A stretch of 37,293 nucleotides of DNA, from NCBI GenBank assembly GCA_041686025.1, contig JAWLEP010000016.1:24801-62093 (forward strand). The letters run 5' to 3'. The translations under genes were made by a program, and so were the position numbers. The stretch is from Candidatus Fermentibacteraceae bacterium (GTDB lineage Bacteria; Fermentibacterota; Fermentibacteria; Fermentibacterales; JCC-6). This document shows, piece by piece, positions 7,886-17,771 of this stretch (its first letter is position 1; each line of letters begins with the position of its first letter). The notes under the pieces are model-generated. The model was not told the origin of the DNA and did no database searches. It saw only the letters and a program-made list of their open reading frames with translations.

Positions 7886-10234
7886 TCACTCCATCACGAA
7901 GGGGGCCATCAGGTACAGCGTCCGCTCCTCGCCCAGCAGGTCCAGGACGGTCTCCGCCCCGGCCCCGAAGGGCCCGGGAAGGCTGATGGTGCCGGGGAAG
8001 TCGGGAGTGGGATATACCCGAACGTCCTCGGCCCCCACCCGGTCCATGCCCACCATGCGGCCGGCCTCCCGGACGGCGTCCAGCACGCCGCCGTTGCGGT
8101 CCACGAGGCCGATCTCCAGTGCGTCTGAGCCGGCCCACACCCGCCCGCGGGCGATGGAGTCCACCTCCTCGTAGGTCATGCCCCGACCTTCGGCCACCCG
8201 GCTCACGAACAGCCGGTAGCCGTCCCACAGCATCTCCATGCGACGCTCCCGCTCCTCGGGCGTGTACCTCCGGAAGGGGCTTCCCATGCCGGAGCGGGCC
8301 GCACCGGGCACCTCCTCCACCGCCACTCCGATGGAGTCCAGCGTGCCCCCGAAGGAGAACTTCCCGCTGATGATCCCGATGGAGCCGGTGATGGTGGTCC
8401 GGTCGGCGAAGATCATGTCGGCGCCGCAGGCCATGTAGTAGCCGCCGGAGGCCGCCACGCCCCCCATGGAAACCACTACCGGCACCTTCTCGCCGGCGCG
8501 GTCCAGGGCGTGGAGCATGTTCTCGCTGGCCAGGGCGTCGCCGCCGGGGGAGTCGATGCGCACTACCAGGGCGCGCACTCCGGGGGCCGCCAGAGCCCGC
8601 TGCACCATCTTACCGAAGCTCTCGTCGCCCAGGGCGGCTCCCCCCATGAAGCCCCCGGGGCCGCTCTCGCCGTTGACTATGGCCCCGCTGGCCACCAGCA
8701 CCGCCACGTGGTCGTCCCGGCGCCAGGGGTCCTCCACCGGAATGGAGGCCCGGTACTCCTCCAGCGACTCCACCCCGATCTCCCGGCCCAGGTCGGCCTC
8801 TATCAGGTCCTCCACCTCGTCGCGGTGGGCGATGTCGCTTACCAGGCCGGCCTCCAGGGCCTGCCGGGCGGTGTGCGGGCCGTTCTCCATGGCCAGCCGC
8901 AGCTGTGCGGGCTCCAGGCCCCATCCGTTGGCCACCCCCCGGATCAGCTCGGCCTGCTCGGCCTCCAGCAGCGCCCGGGTGGCCTCCCGCTGGGCGTCGG
9001 ACATGTCCGAGCGGGTGAACATGTCGCTGGCGGACTTGTAGCGGCCTATGTGCTGCAGGTCGGGGTGGATGCCCAGCCTGTCCAGCAGGTCCCGGGCGAA
9101 CAGCCCGAAGGAGGACAGCCCCAGGAAGGAGACCCCGCCGCTGGGGTGCATGTATATCCCCTTCGCCAGGGTGGCCACGTAGTAGGAGGCGTTGCCCAGG
9201 CCCTCGGAGTAGACGTAGATCCTGCCGCCGCGGGAGCGTATGCGCCGCAGCGCCTCCCGCAGCTCCTCGGCCTGCGCCAGGTTGCCCACCCCCTCGGTGA
9301 TGTCCAGTATCACCCCGGCCACGTCGGGGTCGCCGGCCATGCGGTCCAGCATCAGCATCCGGTCTGTGAAGCAGGGCTCCACCGGCCCGAAGAAGGCCCG
9401 GGTCCGCAGCTCGTCGGTCTGGCCCGGGGTGAACCGCACGAAGCGGCCGCCGCCCTGAAGGAGGTTCTCCCGGGGCCGGGAGGTGAGGCTCAGGGCCAGC
9501 CTTCCGGTCTGGTACTCGCCGCCGTCGTCCACGGTTCCGGCGGAGGCCAGCTGGGCGCTGCCCATCTCCAGGGCCAGGCCGCCGCGGAAATGGTCCTCCC
9601 CGGCCTCCAGCCTCAGCGCCAGCCCCTCCAGGGCCCGCAGCTCCAGGCCCCCGGTGATCTCGTCGTCGGCGTCGTCGCTCTCCAGCCGGTAGCTGCCCGT
9701 CAGGGTCAGCAGCCGGCCGGCGGGCCGCAGCGCCACCCCCAGCCGGTACTCGGGGTCGATGTTCCCGTCCGCCACCTCCACGCCGCTGCGTCTCACCGCA
9801 CCCAGGCCGGCGTAGGGCACCGGCCGCACCAGAAAGCCCAGCGTCCACGCCGAGGCCCCCTCCCAGGGGCTGTCGGAAGCGGTGGGGTCGAACCAGGTGT
9901 ACCCCAGACCGAAGGACGCCATGCCCTCGAGGATCTCGGCCCCGAAGCCGGTGTCGAACCGCCGCAGCCCCTGGTCGTCGCACCACCAGCCGGAGATCCC
10001 GGCCCCGGGCAGCAGCAGGGCGGCCCGGTCGGGGGACTCCACGGTGCTGTCGCTGAGGGTCAGGCCCACCTGCAGGCCGACGTCCGGCTGCAGGACGTAT
10101 CCGGCGGGGTTGGCCAGGTCCGGCGAGCCGGCCTCCGGAAAGGCTGGCCAGGAGAACAGCGGCTGCGGCCCGGCGATGGGGCCTGCGAACACGGCAAAGG
10201 CAACCAGCAGTGCAAGGGCAAAGGTGCGGCGCAT
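7886..10234 (-). CDS. sppA: Signal peptide peptidase SppA (tandem S49 domains) with a ~260-aa N-terminal beta-strand-rich domain
   Basis: GRYKSA (catalytic Lys), RIDSPGGDALAS, SMGGVAASGGYY (catalytic Ser), TITGSIG, ARGRVWAGSDALEIGLVD. Confidence 0.92.
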   Translation of the reverse strand: MRRTFALALLVAFAVFAGPIAGPQPLFSWPAFPEAGSPDLANPAGYVLQPDVGLQVGLTLSDSTVESPDRAALLLPGAGISGWWCDDQGLRRFDTGFGAEILEGMASFGLGYTWFDPTASDSPWEGASAWTLGFLVRPVPYAGLGAVRRSGVEVADGNIDPEYRLGVALRPAGRLLTLTGSYRLESDDADDEITGGLELRALEGLALRLEAGEDHFRGGLALEMGSAQLASAGTVDDGGEYQTGRLALSLTSRPRENLLQGGGRFVRFTPGQTDELRTRAFFGPVEPCFTDRMLMLDRMAGDPDVAGVILDITEGVGNLAQAEELREALRRIRSRGGRIYVYSEGLGNASYYVATLAKGIYMHPSGGVSFLGLSSFGLFARDLLDRLGIHPDLQHIGRYKSASDMFTRSDMSDAQREATRALLEAEQAELIRGVANGWGLEPAQLRLAMENGPHTARQALEAGLVSDIAHRDEVEDLIEADLGREIGVESLEEYRASIPVEDPWRRDDHVAVLVASGAIVNGESGPGGFMGGAALGDESFGKMVQRALAAPGVRALVVRIDSPGGDALASENMLHALDRAGEKVPVVVSMGGVAASGGYYMACGADMIFADRTTITGSIGIISGKFSFGGTLDSIGVAVEEVPGAARSGMGSPFRRYTPEERERRMEMLWDGYRLFVSRVAEGRGMTYEEVDSIARGRVWAGSDALEIGLVDRNGGVLDAVREAGRMVGMDRVGAEDVRVYPTPDFPGTISLPGPFGAGAETVLDLLGEERTLYLMAPFVME

Positions 10235-10354
10235 GGGGAACCTCCCGTATGGGAACAGTGTCGAATGTCTTCGGGATTATCTAAGGAAAAACCGATGCCG
10301 GGCCAATAGGCCGGCGGCCGGCCAGCCTCCCCCCATCGCCCTCCGCGGGATACC

Positions 10355-10384
10355 TTGCCCCGGGCCGGCCGGGCAGTGTATCCT
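10355..10384 (+). promoter_or_regulatory. Possible sigma70-type promoter
   Basis: TTGCCC-N18-TATCCT in the divergent intergenic region upstream of 10502. Confidence 0.3.
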
Positions 10385-10501
10385 GTAGCAGCAGGCTGTA
10401 CGTTTCAGGTTACAGAGGACGTCCGATGACCCTCGGCGGCCGTCAGAACGGGGGAAGGCGTGGGCAGGGGTGCCGCTACCCGGGAGGAGCATGCGCTGGC
10501 A

Positions 10502-11653
10502 ATGCGCTTTCTGAGAGGGGTTCTCCGTCCCACCCGCCTGGTCTTCGTCATGGCGGTCCTGCTGGCCATTGCAGCATATCTGGGAATCGACGACCGCCCT
10601 CCCCCGCCACCCGAGTACACCATTCACCTGCAGCGGCCCGTACCGGTTATGGAGAAGCGCTTCGACGCCCGGGTGGAGTACCTGGGCCTGCACGGGGACA
10701 TCCTCCTGGTGGGTCTGCCCGACAGCGCCGTAGCCCTCCGGGCCTCGGACCTGTCGCCGCTGTGGTCCACGCCGCTTTCCGCAGACTGGTCGCTGCGGCC
10801 GCTGTTTGACAGAGGCGTGCTTTTCGTGGCTGGGGGGAAGTCACCAGCAGGGCCACACTGGGTACTGGAGATGGACGCCTCCACGGGGGAGATACTCCTC
10901 AGGCGGTCGAGGAGCCAGCTCTCGGCGCGGCCTCACAGGGCCGGCGGCATGCTGGTGCTGGGCCGGGCATCCGGGGAGCTGATGGCCACCCGCAGCCCCA
11001 AGTCGGTGGAATGGACCACCTCCCTGGGGGGCTGGAAGGCCGCGGCCCTGGTCCAGGCCGGTCCCATAACCTTCGTCCTGGCATCCAGTCGAGGCGGACA
11101 CGGCCGTTCGGGCAGCGAGTCCCCCGGTCACTGCGCCTTCGGAATACTGACCTCCACCGGCTGGATGCTCTGGAAGACCGGCCTGGCCGCCGAGAGGGCC
11201 GGCCGCCCGCTGGTTTGCGGACACACGGCCCTGGTGAGCGTGGATGACAGCTTAGTCGGCATTGACGTACGTACCGGCGGGATCAGATGGAGCAGACCCG
11301 TTTCCGGAGCAGACCTTCTCGCCGAGCACTGGGGCGTGGTGATGGCCGCGGGAGCGGGGGAAGTGCACCTTGTGGAACCCGCCTGCGGCGTCTGGCTGAA
11401 GCTGGGGGACTTCCGCGTTCCGCACCGCGACATGCTCGCTCCCGCGGGAGACGCCCTCTACTGCAGAAGAGAGGGAAGGCTGGTCTGCCTCTCGCTTCCA
11501 TCGCTGGACCCCCTGTGGGCGATCTCTCTGGAAGACCGGGGGGAGACGGTCCTGGATGAGAACAGGCTCTACTGCTCGGCGGGAAAGATGGTCTACCTGT
11601 TGGCGCCCCCCGGCCTCTTCGACAGCAGGGTCACCTCCCGAATACCGGAGTAG
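10502..11653 (+). CDS. PQQ-like (BamB-like) beta-propeller protein with N-terminal membrane anchor
   Basis: N-terminal TM helix; repeats DASTGEILL, TGWMLWK, IDVRTGGIRWSR, LDPLW. The start is uncertain (10460 or 10502). Confidence 0.7.
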   Translation: MRFLRGVLRPTRLVFVMAVLLAIAAYLGIDDRPPPPPEYTIHLQRPVPVMEKRFDARVEYLGLHGDILLVGLPDSAVALRASDLSPLWSTPLSADWSLRPLFDRGVLFVAGGKSPAGPHWVLEMDASTGEILLRRSRSQLSARPHRAGGMLVLGRASGELMATRSPKSVEWTTSLGGWKAAALVQAGPITFVLASSRGGHGRSGSESPGHCAFGILTSTGWMLWKTGLAAERAGRPLVCGHTALVSVDDSLVGIDVRTGGIRWSRPVSGADLLAEHWGVVMAAGAGEVHLVEPACGVWLKLGDFRVPHRDMLAPAGDALYCRREGRLVCLSLPSLDPLWAISLEDRGETVLDENRLYCSAGKMVYLLAPPGLFDSRVTSRIPE

Positions 11654-13008
11654 TCGAAGAAGACCACCCTTCGGCCGTCGGAGGAGAGATCGGCCAGGGA
11701 GGGAAGACCGGCGTCCCCCAGGCCGGAGATGTTCCTGGTGGGCCGGGCACCGCCGGCCGCGGGCCAGAGGGGCTCGGACATCCACAGGGGCTCTCCCCCG
11801 CTTCCCACCAGCAGCAGGCGCCGGATTCCCCGAGGCATGCCGGGAACCTTCAGCACCAGGCGGATCAGCACGTCGCCGTTGTCGGAGACCGCCAGCACTC
11901 TGGGGTAAGCCCAATGACGGGAGCCGTCGGCGAATACCTCTTGCCACGCGCCCTCACCACTCAGATCGCCAACAACGATGCGCCTTCCGGGCGCGGTCCG
12001 CACCCAGTCGCCGCCCTCGAAGGTGCCGGCCCAGCGGGCGCTCCCCGGGCTCACCACCGGCGGGCCCACCGCCTGCCCGATGAGATGTTCCCGTTCGAGC
12101 CTGCCGGAAAAGGTCCCGAATATGCTGGCGCCCATTCCGCTCAGCAGCACCAGATGCTCTCCGTCGGGAGTCAGGGCGGGCCTGGGGGACTCCCTCAGCG
12201 GCTCGAACCTGGCCAGATCGTGTCCCTCGGGGCCGAGTACGAGCACCTCCGCCAGCCCCCAACGTCGACGGCCGGCCAGGACGGTCACCCCCCCGGCGCT
12301 GGTGACCCGCAGCCTCTCGAATCTCGCGTCCGCTCCGTGCAAATACCGGGTGTCCCACGAATTCTCCCCCTCGGGCACATGGACCTCCACGGCCCCGTCA
12401 CCCGTGCCCGACAGCACCAGCCCCGCATCGGAGACGGCGCATCCGAAATGACGGGCAAACATGCGTCTTCTGCCGCCTACGAAGAGCGAAGAGACATCCG
12501 CTGACACCGGGTCCAGCGAGAGGACTGCCGCCCCGGAAGGCTCGGTGCCGAGATCGGAGCGCACAAGGGCACGGCGTCCCCCCGGGGACATGGTGAGATA
12601 CTCGGCCGCAGCCCCCAGCTCCACTGCGGTCCGATACGCGCCCCCATACACCACCACCATCGAGGAGTCCAGCATGACGAGGGCTCGCCAGGGATCATCC
12701 CCGGGAAGAGACTCCGGGGCCAGCCGGGCCAGAAGGCCGGCAGTCACCGGGCGCCCCTCGGACAGCAGAAGGTGCCGCAGAGGCTCCGCCTTCCCCACGA
12801 AACGCAGATCTACTCCCAGCTGGAGGCGGCCGCAGGGAGATGTCCTCGCCGCGGTGACATCCACGTTCAGATCGTACGCCTCCTCCCGCAGCTCGAACCG
12901 CTCCGAGCACCACGATCCGCCCAGGCTGTCCGCCAGCCGGCAGGCGGAGGGCGCCTGCACCGCCGCCGGCTGCAGCAGCGCGCAGAGAATGGCCAGCACC
13001 GCGCTCAC
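11593..13008 (-). CDS. Hypothetical secreted WD40/TolB-like beta-propeller protein (471 aa)
   Basis: GTG start overlaps the upstream TGA (GTGA) after a purine-rich RBS; signal-like N-terminus; SPGG/TPDG/SSDG repeats. Confidence 0.65.
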   Translation of the reverse strand: MSAVLAILCALLQPAAVQAPSACRLADSLGGSWCSERFELREEAYDLNVDVTAARTSPCGRLQLGVDLRFVGKAEPLRHLLLSEGRPVTAGLLARLAPESLPGDDPWRALVMLDSSMVVVYGGAYRTAVELGAAAEYLTMSPGGRRALVRSDLGTEPSGAAVLSLDPVSADVSSLFVGGRRRMFARHFGCAVSDAGLVLSGTGDGAVEVHVPEGENSWDTRYLHGADARFERLRVTSAGGVTVLAGRRRWGLAEVLVLGPEGHDLARFEPLRESPRPALTPDGEHLVLLSGMGASIFGTFSGRLEREHLIGQAVGPPVVSPGSARWAGTFEGGDWVRTAPGRRIVVGDLSGEGAWQEVFADGSRHWAYPRVLAVSDNGDVLIRLVLKVPGMPRGIRRLLLVGSGGEPLWMSEPLWPAAGGARPTRNISGLGDAGLPSLADLSSDGRRVVFFDYSGIREVTLLSKRPGGANR

Positions 13009-14990
13009 GGCTCTTTCCTCTCCAGGGTGAGGACACGAATGAACCGTCCATCGGAGTAGGCGAACCTGCTCCCCGAGGGGGATGACACCGCGAAGCGCGG
13101 AACGGGGCGCGCCGCCCGGCCTGGATGGCCCGCGGTGTAGTGGCTCATCCAGACCGGCTCTCCGTCGGCGTCCAGGATCGCGTACCTCCGCCCGGATATG
13201 CCGTTTCCCCTCTTCCCCATCCGGACCATCAGCAGCCCGTCGTCGGTAAGCTCCAGCGGACGAGCCCCCGACCAGTGGACGGTGAATGCGGGAAAGGACG
13301 TGACGATCCGCTGGGGGGCGGCGGTGCTGCACACGAAGCAGCAGGGCTCCATGGTCGGGCCGTGGCTCTCCTCGACGACGCCCGCCAGCAGGGCCCCGTC
13401 GGGGGAGAATACAGGGTCCTCACACATACTGCCCGCATATGGAAAGATCCCCGTGTCCCATTCGTCCATCGACGCCGTGACCAGGGCGTGCCGGCCGTTG
13501 AGGCAGGCGATCCGGGTGGCGTCCCTGCTGAGTACGGGGCGACTGGTGCTGACAATGCCCCCTCTCACCGAAGGGTAGCTGTAGGCGTGCTCCGTATCCC
13601 CGCCGAACAGGAGGGGGCCCATGTCCCGGGATGTCAGCAGCAGGGCCCAGCGCTCTACCCCGTCTGCCATGTCGCACCTGACCGTCGCCTCGTAGGGTGC
13701 GCTTCTCTCGTTGGGAACGAACTGCAGGGTCTGCCTGCCGCTGGCGTCGTACCCCCGCAGCTCATGGTCGTAGCGGCCGAGCACCCGCCCGCTGTCGTAC
13801 ACCCTGAAGCGGCGGGCGGGCCTGGTGATGACGGTGTTCCCCCCGGGACCCTCGTAGAGCCCCTCCTCGGAGACGGTCAGCTCGGGGAAGGGATCGAAGG
13901 GCCGCATCCGGCCGCTTCCCGTGTCCAGAATGGCGTACGCGGCCCCCTCCTCCAGGACTGGCCGCACCCTGAGGAGGGCGCGTTCCCCGCGTGGGGAGAG
14001 CCAGGCCGCCGGCACGCCCACGTCCAGGTCCTCCCGCCTCACGGTCCCCTCCTCGCCGGCGACGACGTAGCCGTCGGGGTGTACGGCCACGGCCCGCCAC
14101 CGCTCCTCCCCGCCATCCTCGAAAAGGAACCGAAGCGCCCTGAAAGGCAGCCACTGCGTCCACTCCCGGGCATCGAGCACAATGGTCTCAACAGCCCATT
14201 CCGGAGACACCCACTCATCCGGCTCGCGGTCGGCGATGGCCAGCGGGTACTCTTCCTCGTCCAGGGGAGCGAGGAAGGGGCTGGAGTCCAGCCAGGCGGG
14301 GGCAAGAGCCGTGTCGGCCCTGAGCACCACGGGGCCCTCCCGCACGGCCTTGCAGTCGCGCAGGCGACGTGTCCGCTCGCCCAGCCAGGGCAGGCTCCAG
14401 GATATCTCGCAGAAGTCGGGAGGCATCCTGACCGAGTAGCTGCAGGGGCCGGTCCTGTCCGCCGGCCGCAGCGAACCGTCGGCGAACAGCATGAGTCCGT
14501 CGCAGCCGAGGCCCGGAGGAACATCCAGCCGGAACTCCACCCGTATCGGGTCCCACCATTCCACCGTCTCCTCGGTGGGATAGTCGTAGGCCATGTTGGC
14601 TATGGTGGTATCCCCGGCCACCACATCCACCCTTCTCAGGAACCTGTACGTCTGCGAGTAGAGGGAGCAGGTCCCGGCGGGAACGTCCCCCAGCAGGAAA
14701 CGGCCCAGGCTGTCGGTGACTGTGGAATGCCCCGTGCCGTACAGCCCGACCTCGGCCTCCCGGCAGGGCCCGTAGCGCGTGAAGAAGCGCCCCCTGATCC
14801 AGCCGGTGCCTGCGGCCTCGACGTCGGGCGGAGACTCCACGGAATCCGAAGAGGCGGGTGATGATGGAGGAGGAACCGTCGCGGCCGCATCAGCGTCGGG
14901 GCTTCGGCCGCATCCGAACAGAGCGCCGCCACACAGCGCGACCAGAAGGATACCTCTGAACAGGGGCCCTGACTCTGAGGCCATATTCAT
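13005..14990 (-). CDS. Lipoprotein with carboxypeptidase-regulatory-like domain and WD40/TolB-like propeller (661 aa)
   Basis: Lipobox LFGC; TVTDSLGRFLLGDVPAG; PVFSPDG; C-terminal half resembles 11593-13008. Confidence 0.7.
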   Translation of the reverse strand: MNMASESGPLFRGILLVALCGGALFGCGRSPDADAAATVPPPSSPASSDSVESPPDVEAAGTGWIRGRFFTRYGPCREAEVGLYGTGHSTVTDSLGRFLLGDVPAGTCSLYSQTYRFLRRVDVVAGDTTIANMAYDYPTEETVEWWDPIRVEFRLDVPPGLGCDGLMLFADGSLRPADRTGPCSYSVRMPPDFCEISWSLPWLGERTRRLRDCKAVREGPVVLRADTALAPAWLDSSPFLAPLDEEEYPLAIADREPDEWVSPEWAVETIVLDAREWTQWLPFRALRFLFEDGGEERWRAVAVHPDGYVVAGEEGTVRREDLDVGVPAAWLSPRGERALLRVRPVLEEGAAYAILDTGSGRMRPFDPFPELTVSEEGLYEGPGGNTVITRPARRFRVYDSGRVLGRYDHELRGYDASGRQTLQFVPNERSAPYEATVRCDMADGVERWALLLTSRDMGPLLFGGDTEHAYSYPSVRGGIVSTSRPVLSRDATRIACLNGRHALVTASMDEWDTGIFPYAGSMCEDPVFSPDGALLAGVVEESHGPTMEPCCFVCSTAAPQRIVTSFPAFTVHWSGARPLELTDDGLLMVRMGKRGNGISGRRYAILDADGEPVWMSHYTAGHPGRAARPVPRFAVSSPSGSRFAYSDGRFIRVLTLERKEP

Positions 14991-15077
14991 GTTCTTTCTG
15001 CACAGGGATATAATCCCAACACGGGCACCGGACTCAGTATAAGGAATGCCGGGATGGCCTACAAGCGGACAGGGGGA

Positions 15078-15797
15078 CTAACCCAGCACCTCGTTCAGCT
15101 TCCGCCGCTCGGAGGCGTACCGGGGGTCGGCCACGGGGGCGTCGAAGGCCCGAAGGGCCTTCTTCCAGGGCGACGGGGACAGCCCGGCCCGCTCGAACAG
15201 CTCCACCCCCTCCACCACGAACCGCCAGCGCCACTCCGGCTCGTCCTCCCAGCCCTCCAGGGCCGGGGGCATGATCCGGGGGTCGGCGCCGCGCCAGGCG
15301 CGCTCCAGCAGCAGCAGCCGGCCCGCCAGGGGCTCGGACCTCCCGGCCCGGGGAGGCCGGCCGTCCCGCCCCAGCAGCCGCAGGGCCCGGCAGCGCAGCA
15401 CCCGGCCGGTATCGGTGCCGGTCCCCGCCAACTCCAGGCATCTGCCGTGGTCGCCCCGGGCCTCGGCCAGCAGGTACAGCGGCCCCTGCCGCAGCCAGGC
15501 CGAATCGGCTCCGGCGGCCTCCCGCAGCTCCACGGCCCGGGAGAAGGCCTCCCGGGCGCCGTCCCAGCGGGCAAGACGGCACCGCAGATCGCCCAGCAGG
15601 GCCCAGCCGGCGGGCCAGTCGGGGAAGTCGGCGGCCAGCTTATCGGCCAGCCCGGCCGCCTGCCGGGGCTGGTCCAGCTCCAGCATGGTCTGCACCTCGT
15701 CCTTGCGCAGCTTCCTGCTCCGGGCGGGGTCGGTCTCCCGGGCGATCCGCTGCTTCAGCCGCATCAGCTTGCGTCCCAGTCGGGCGGTGTCTGCCAT
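15078..15797 (-). CDS. TPR-like hypothetical protein (239 aa)
   Basis: TPR-like segment FPDWPAGWALLGDLRCRLARWDGAREAFSRAVEL; ATG at 15797. Confidence 0.65.
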   Translation of the reverse strand: MADTARLGRKLMRLKQRIARETDPARSRKLRKDEVQTMLELDQPRQAAGLADKLAADFPDWPAGWALLGDLRCRLARWDGAREAFSRAVELREAAGADSAWLRQGPLYLLAEARGDHGRCLELAGTGTDTGRVLRCRALRLLGRDGRPPRAGRSEPLAGRLLLLERAWRGADPRIMPPALEGWEDEPEWRWRFVVEGVELFERAGLSPSPWKKALRAFDAPVADPRYASERRKLNEVLG

Positions 15798-15828
15798 TTT
15801 CCCAATCCGTCTCAAGGAGTCAAAGCGT

Positions 15829-16839
15829 CTACTCGTAGAGGAGGACTATGAGCCTGCTCTCCCCCGGCGTCACGGCCATGTCCTGCAGGAAGCCGTCCAG
15901 CTTCACCTCGGCGGTCACCTGCGAGCTCTCCGGAGACCAGGCCGAGATCAGCGTGTTGCCGTCGTCGGTGCGGGAGCCCACGTACAGCAGGTCGCTGTAC
16001 TCCTCCCAGCACACCCGCTGCGGGCGGGAATCGAAGGGAATCTCCCGGGAATCGATGCTGTAGTCCACACCGCGGCAAAGCAGCACGCTGCCGCTGGACT
16101 GCGTCCACTCCGGCCTGGCCATGGCCCACATGGAGTCGTTCATCTCGGCGGCGCCGGTGCATGAGCTGCCCGACTCCCACTTCACCGTCTGGAAGCTGTC
16201 CAGGTTGAGGAAGTATACCGTGCCTCTGGAATCCGGGCAGACCAGCAGGATGTAACCCGGGCCCAGGTCCAGGGGCTCCATCAATACGGGGCTCCTCTCG
16301 CACTGCACGGCACGTTCGGCGTAGTTGCCGGGGCAGAAGAGCTCGTAGACCCATCCGGTGGGCCCGTCGGAGATGTAGATGTGCTCGCCGTCCAGGCCGG
16401 CGCCCAGCACGGTCGGAATGTCCGCCGGGCTGACGCTGGCCAGAATGGAGCCGTCCAGCGCGTCAACCTCGTACATCATCTCCGAGGAGGCGATCACGTA
16501 GAAGCTGGTGGTGCACGGGCTGGCCACCATGTCGCTGCATCCCCCGGAGAGGGCGTCGGACAGCCGCCAGGTGTCCATTACCGCCATCTCACCCGCCGAG
16601 CACCGGTAGACAACCCCCTCCAGGCTGGACACCAGGAAGACCGCCTCCCCCAGTGGGAGGACCTCCTGGCCGCCTTCCACCCCGGACACCGCGCCCAGTA
16701 CCGACAGATCCGGAATGGCCAGCACCTCGACCCGCCAGCTCCAGAGGGCCCCGTACTCGGTAATGTCCATGCAGCCGGCCAGCGTCGCCGCCAGAACTGC
16801 GGCGAGAATCCCCAGAAGCCTTGCCGTGAGCCCGCCCAT
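15829..16839 (-). CDS. YncE-like beta-propeller lipoprotein (336 aa), paralog of 3385-4398
   Basis: GAGGTGG RBS; lipobox LAGC; collinear similarity to 3385-4398. Confidence 0.75.
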   Translation of the reverse strand: MGGLTARLLGILAAVLAATLAGCMDITEYGALWSWRVEVLAIPDLSVLGAVSGVEGGQEVLPLGEAVFLVSSLEGVVYRCSAGEMAVMDTWRLSDALSGGCSDMVASPCTTSFYVIASSEMMYEVDALDGSILASVSPADIPTVLGAGLDGEHIYISDGPTGWVYELFCPGNYAERAVQCERSPVLMEPLDLGPGYILLVCPDSRGTVYFLNLDSFQTVKWESGSSCTGAAEMNDSMWAMARPEWTQSSGSVLLCRGVDYSIDSREIPFDSRPQRVCWEEYSDLLYVGSRTDDGNTLISAWSPESSQVTAEVKLDGFLQDMAVTPGESRLIVLLYE

Positions 16840-17012
16840 AAGCCACCTCTGAATCCAGGAGGCGAAACCGACCGGCCTCCCCCGGCCGCCCGGGATCGTC
16901 CGGGGCAGAAGATACCCTCCCGTCATCCTCCATCAAGGAGAGTCCGCTCCCCATCGCCGGTTCCCCCGGGATGCCATTGACATGCCGCCCCGCCTGGGGC
17001 CTTATTGGACCC

Positions 17013-17771
17013 ATGCAGAAGAAAAGCGGACCCCGGGGCGAAGAGGGCGGGCGGCTGCTGGCGCGGCTGGCCGGCGACGCCACCTCCGGCGCCTCCATGA
17101 TCTACCGGCGGGTGCTTCTGGCCCTGGCCGATGGAACGGCCTTTCCCCCCGACATCCCCCGCAGGCTGCGGGAGATGGCGGGGGACATGGCCCCCCTTCG
17201 CTTTCTGGCCCGCCGGCTGGAAGGGGCCGACGACCCCGCAGCGGAGGCCGGGAGGCTGCTTGCCGAGATGGACGGCCGGCTGCGCAAGCTGGCCGGGGAG
17301 GCCCGGCCGCTTCTGGCGGGAAGTGCCCTCATCTGCCACAGCAACAGCGGCACGGTGATCTCGGTACTCTCCGCCCTCTCCCCTCCCCCCGAGGCCGTGT
17401 TCCAGACACTGTCCCTTCCCGGCGGCGAGGGCCGCAGCGCGGCAGAGGCCCTCTCCGGCAAGGGCCTCAGGGCCTCTCTGGTCAACGACGCCCAGGCCCC
17501 GGAGCTGGTCCGCGGGCACGGCCTGCTTCCCGTGATGGGGGCCGACGCGGTCACCGCCGACTATCTGGTGAACAAGGTGGGCTCGGCCCGCATTGTGGAG
17601 GCCGCACGGGAGGAGGGCCTGGAGCCGGTGTTCCTGGCCGGCCCCGAGAAGCGGGTCGAAGCGGAGGAGTACGGCCGGCGCCCGAAGAGCCCGCTGTTCG
17701 AGCGGGTGCCCCTGCAGGGAGTGCGGGTGGTCGGCGTAAACGGCGAAGGGAGTTCCCGATGCCGCTGCTGA
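17013..17771 (+). CDS. eIF-2B alpha/beta/delta (IF-2B) family protein
   Basis: ICHSNSGTV, SLPGGEGR, LVNDA, MGADAV, VNKVGS and PLFERVP match IF-2B family motifs. Confidence 0.8.
   Translation: MQKKSGPRGEEGGRLLARLAGDATSGASMIYRRVLLALADGTAFPPDIPRRLREMAGDMAPLRFLARRLEGADDPAAEAGRLLAEMDGRLRKLAGEARPLLAGSALICHSNSGTVISVLSALSPPPEAVFQTLSLPGGEGRSAAEALSGKGLRASLVNDAQAPELVRGHGLLPVMGADAVTADYLVNKVGSARIVEAAREEGLEPVFLAGPEKRVEAEEYGRRPKSPLFERVPLQGVRVVGVNGEGSSRCRC

Noticed and set aside
8510..10309. 599-aa + strand ORF and 458-aa alternative-frame ORF
   Set aside because: Shadows of sppA with no recognisable motifs.
16982..17758. N-terminal extension making AddB 1221 aa
   Set aside because: Overlaps the eIF-2B-like gene in another frame and has shadow composition; ATG 17759 is preferred.
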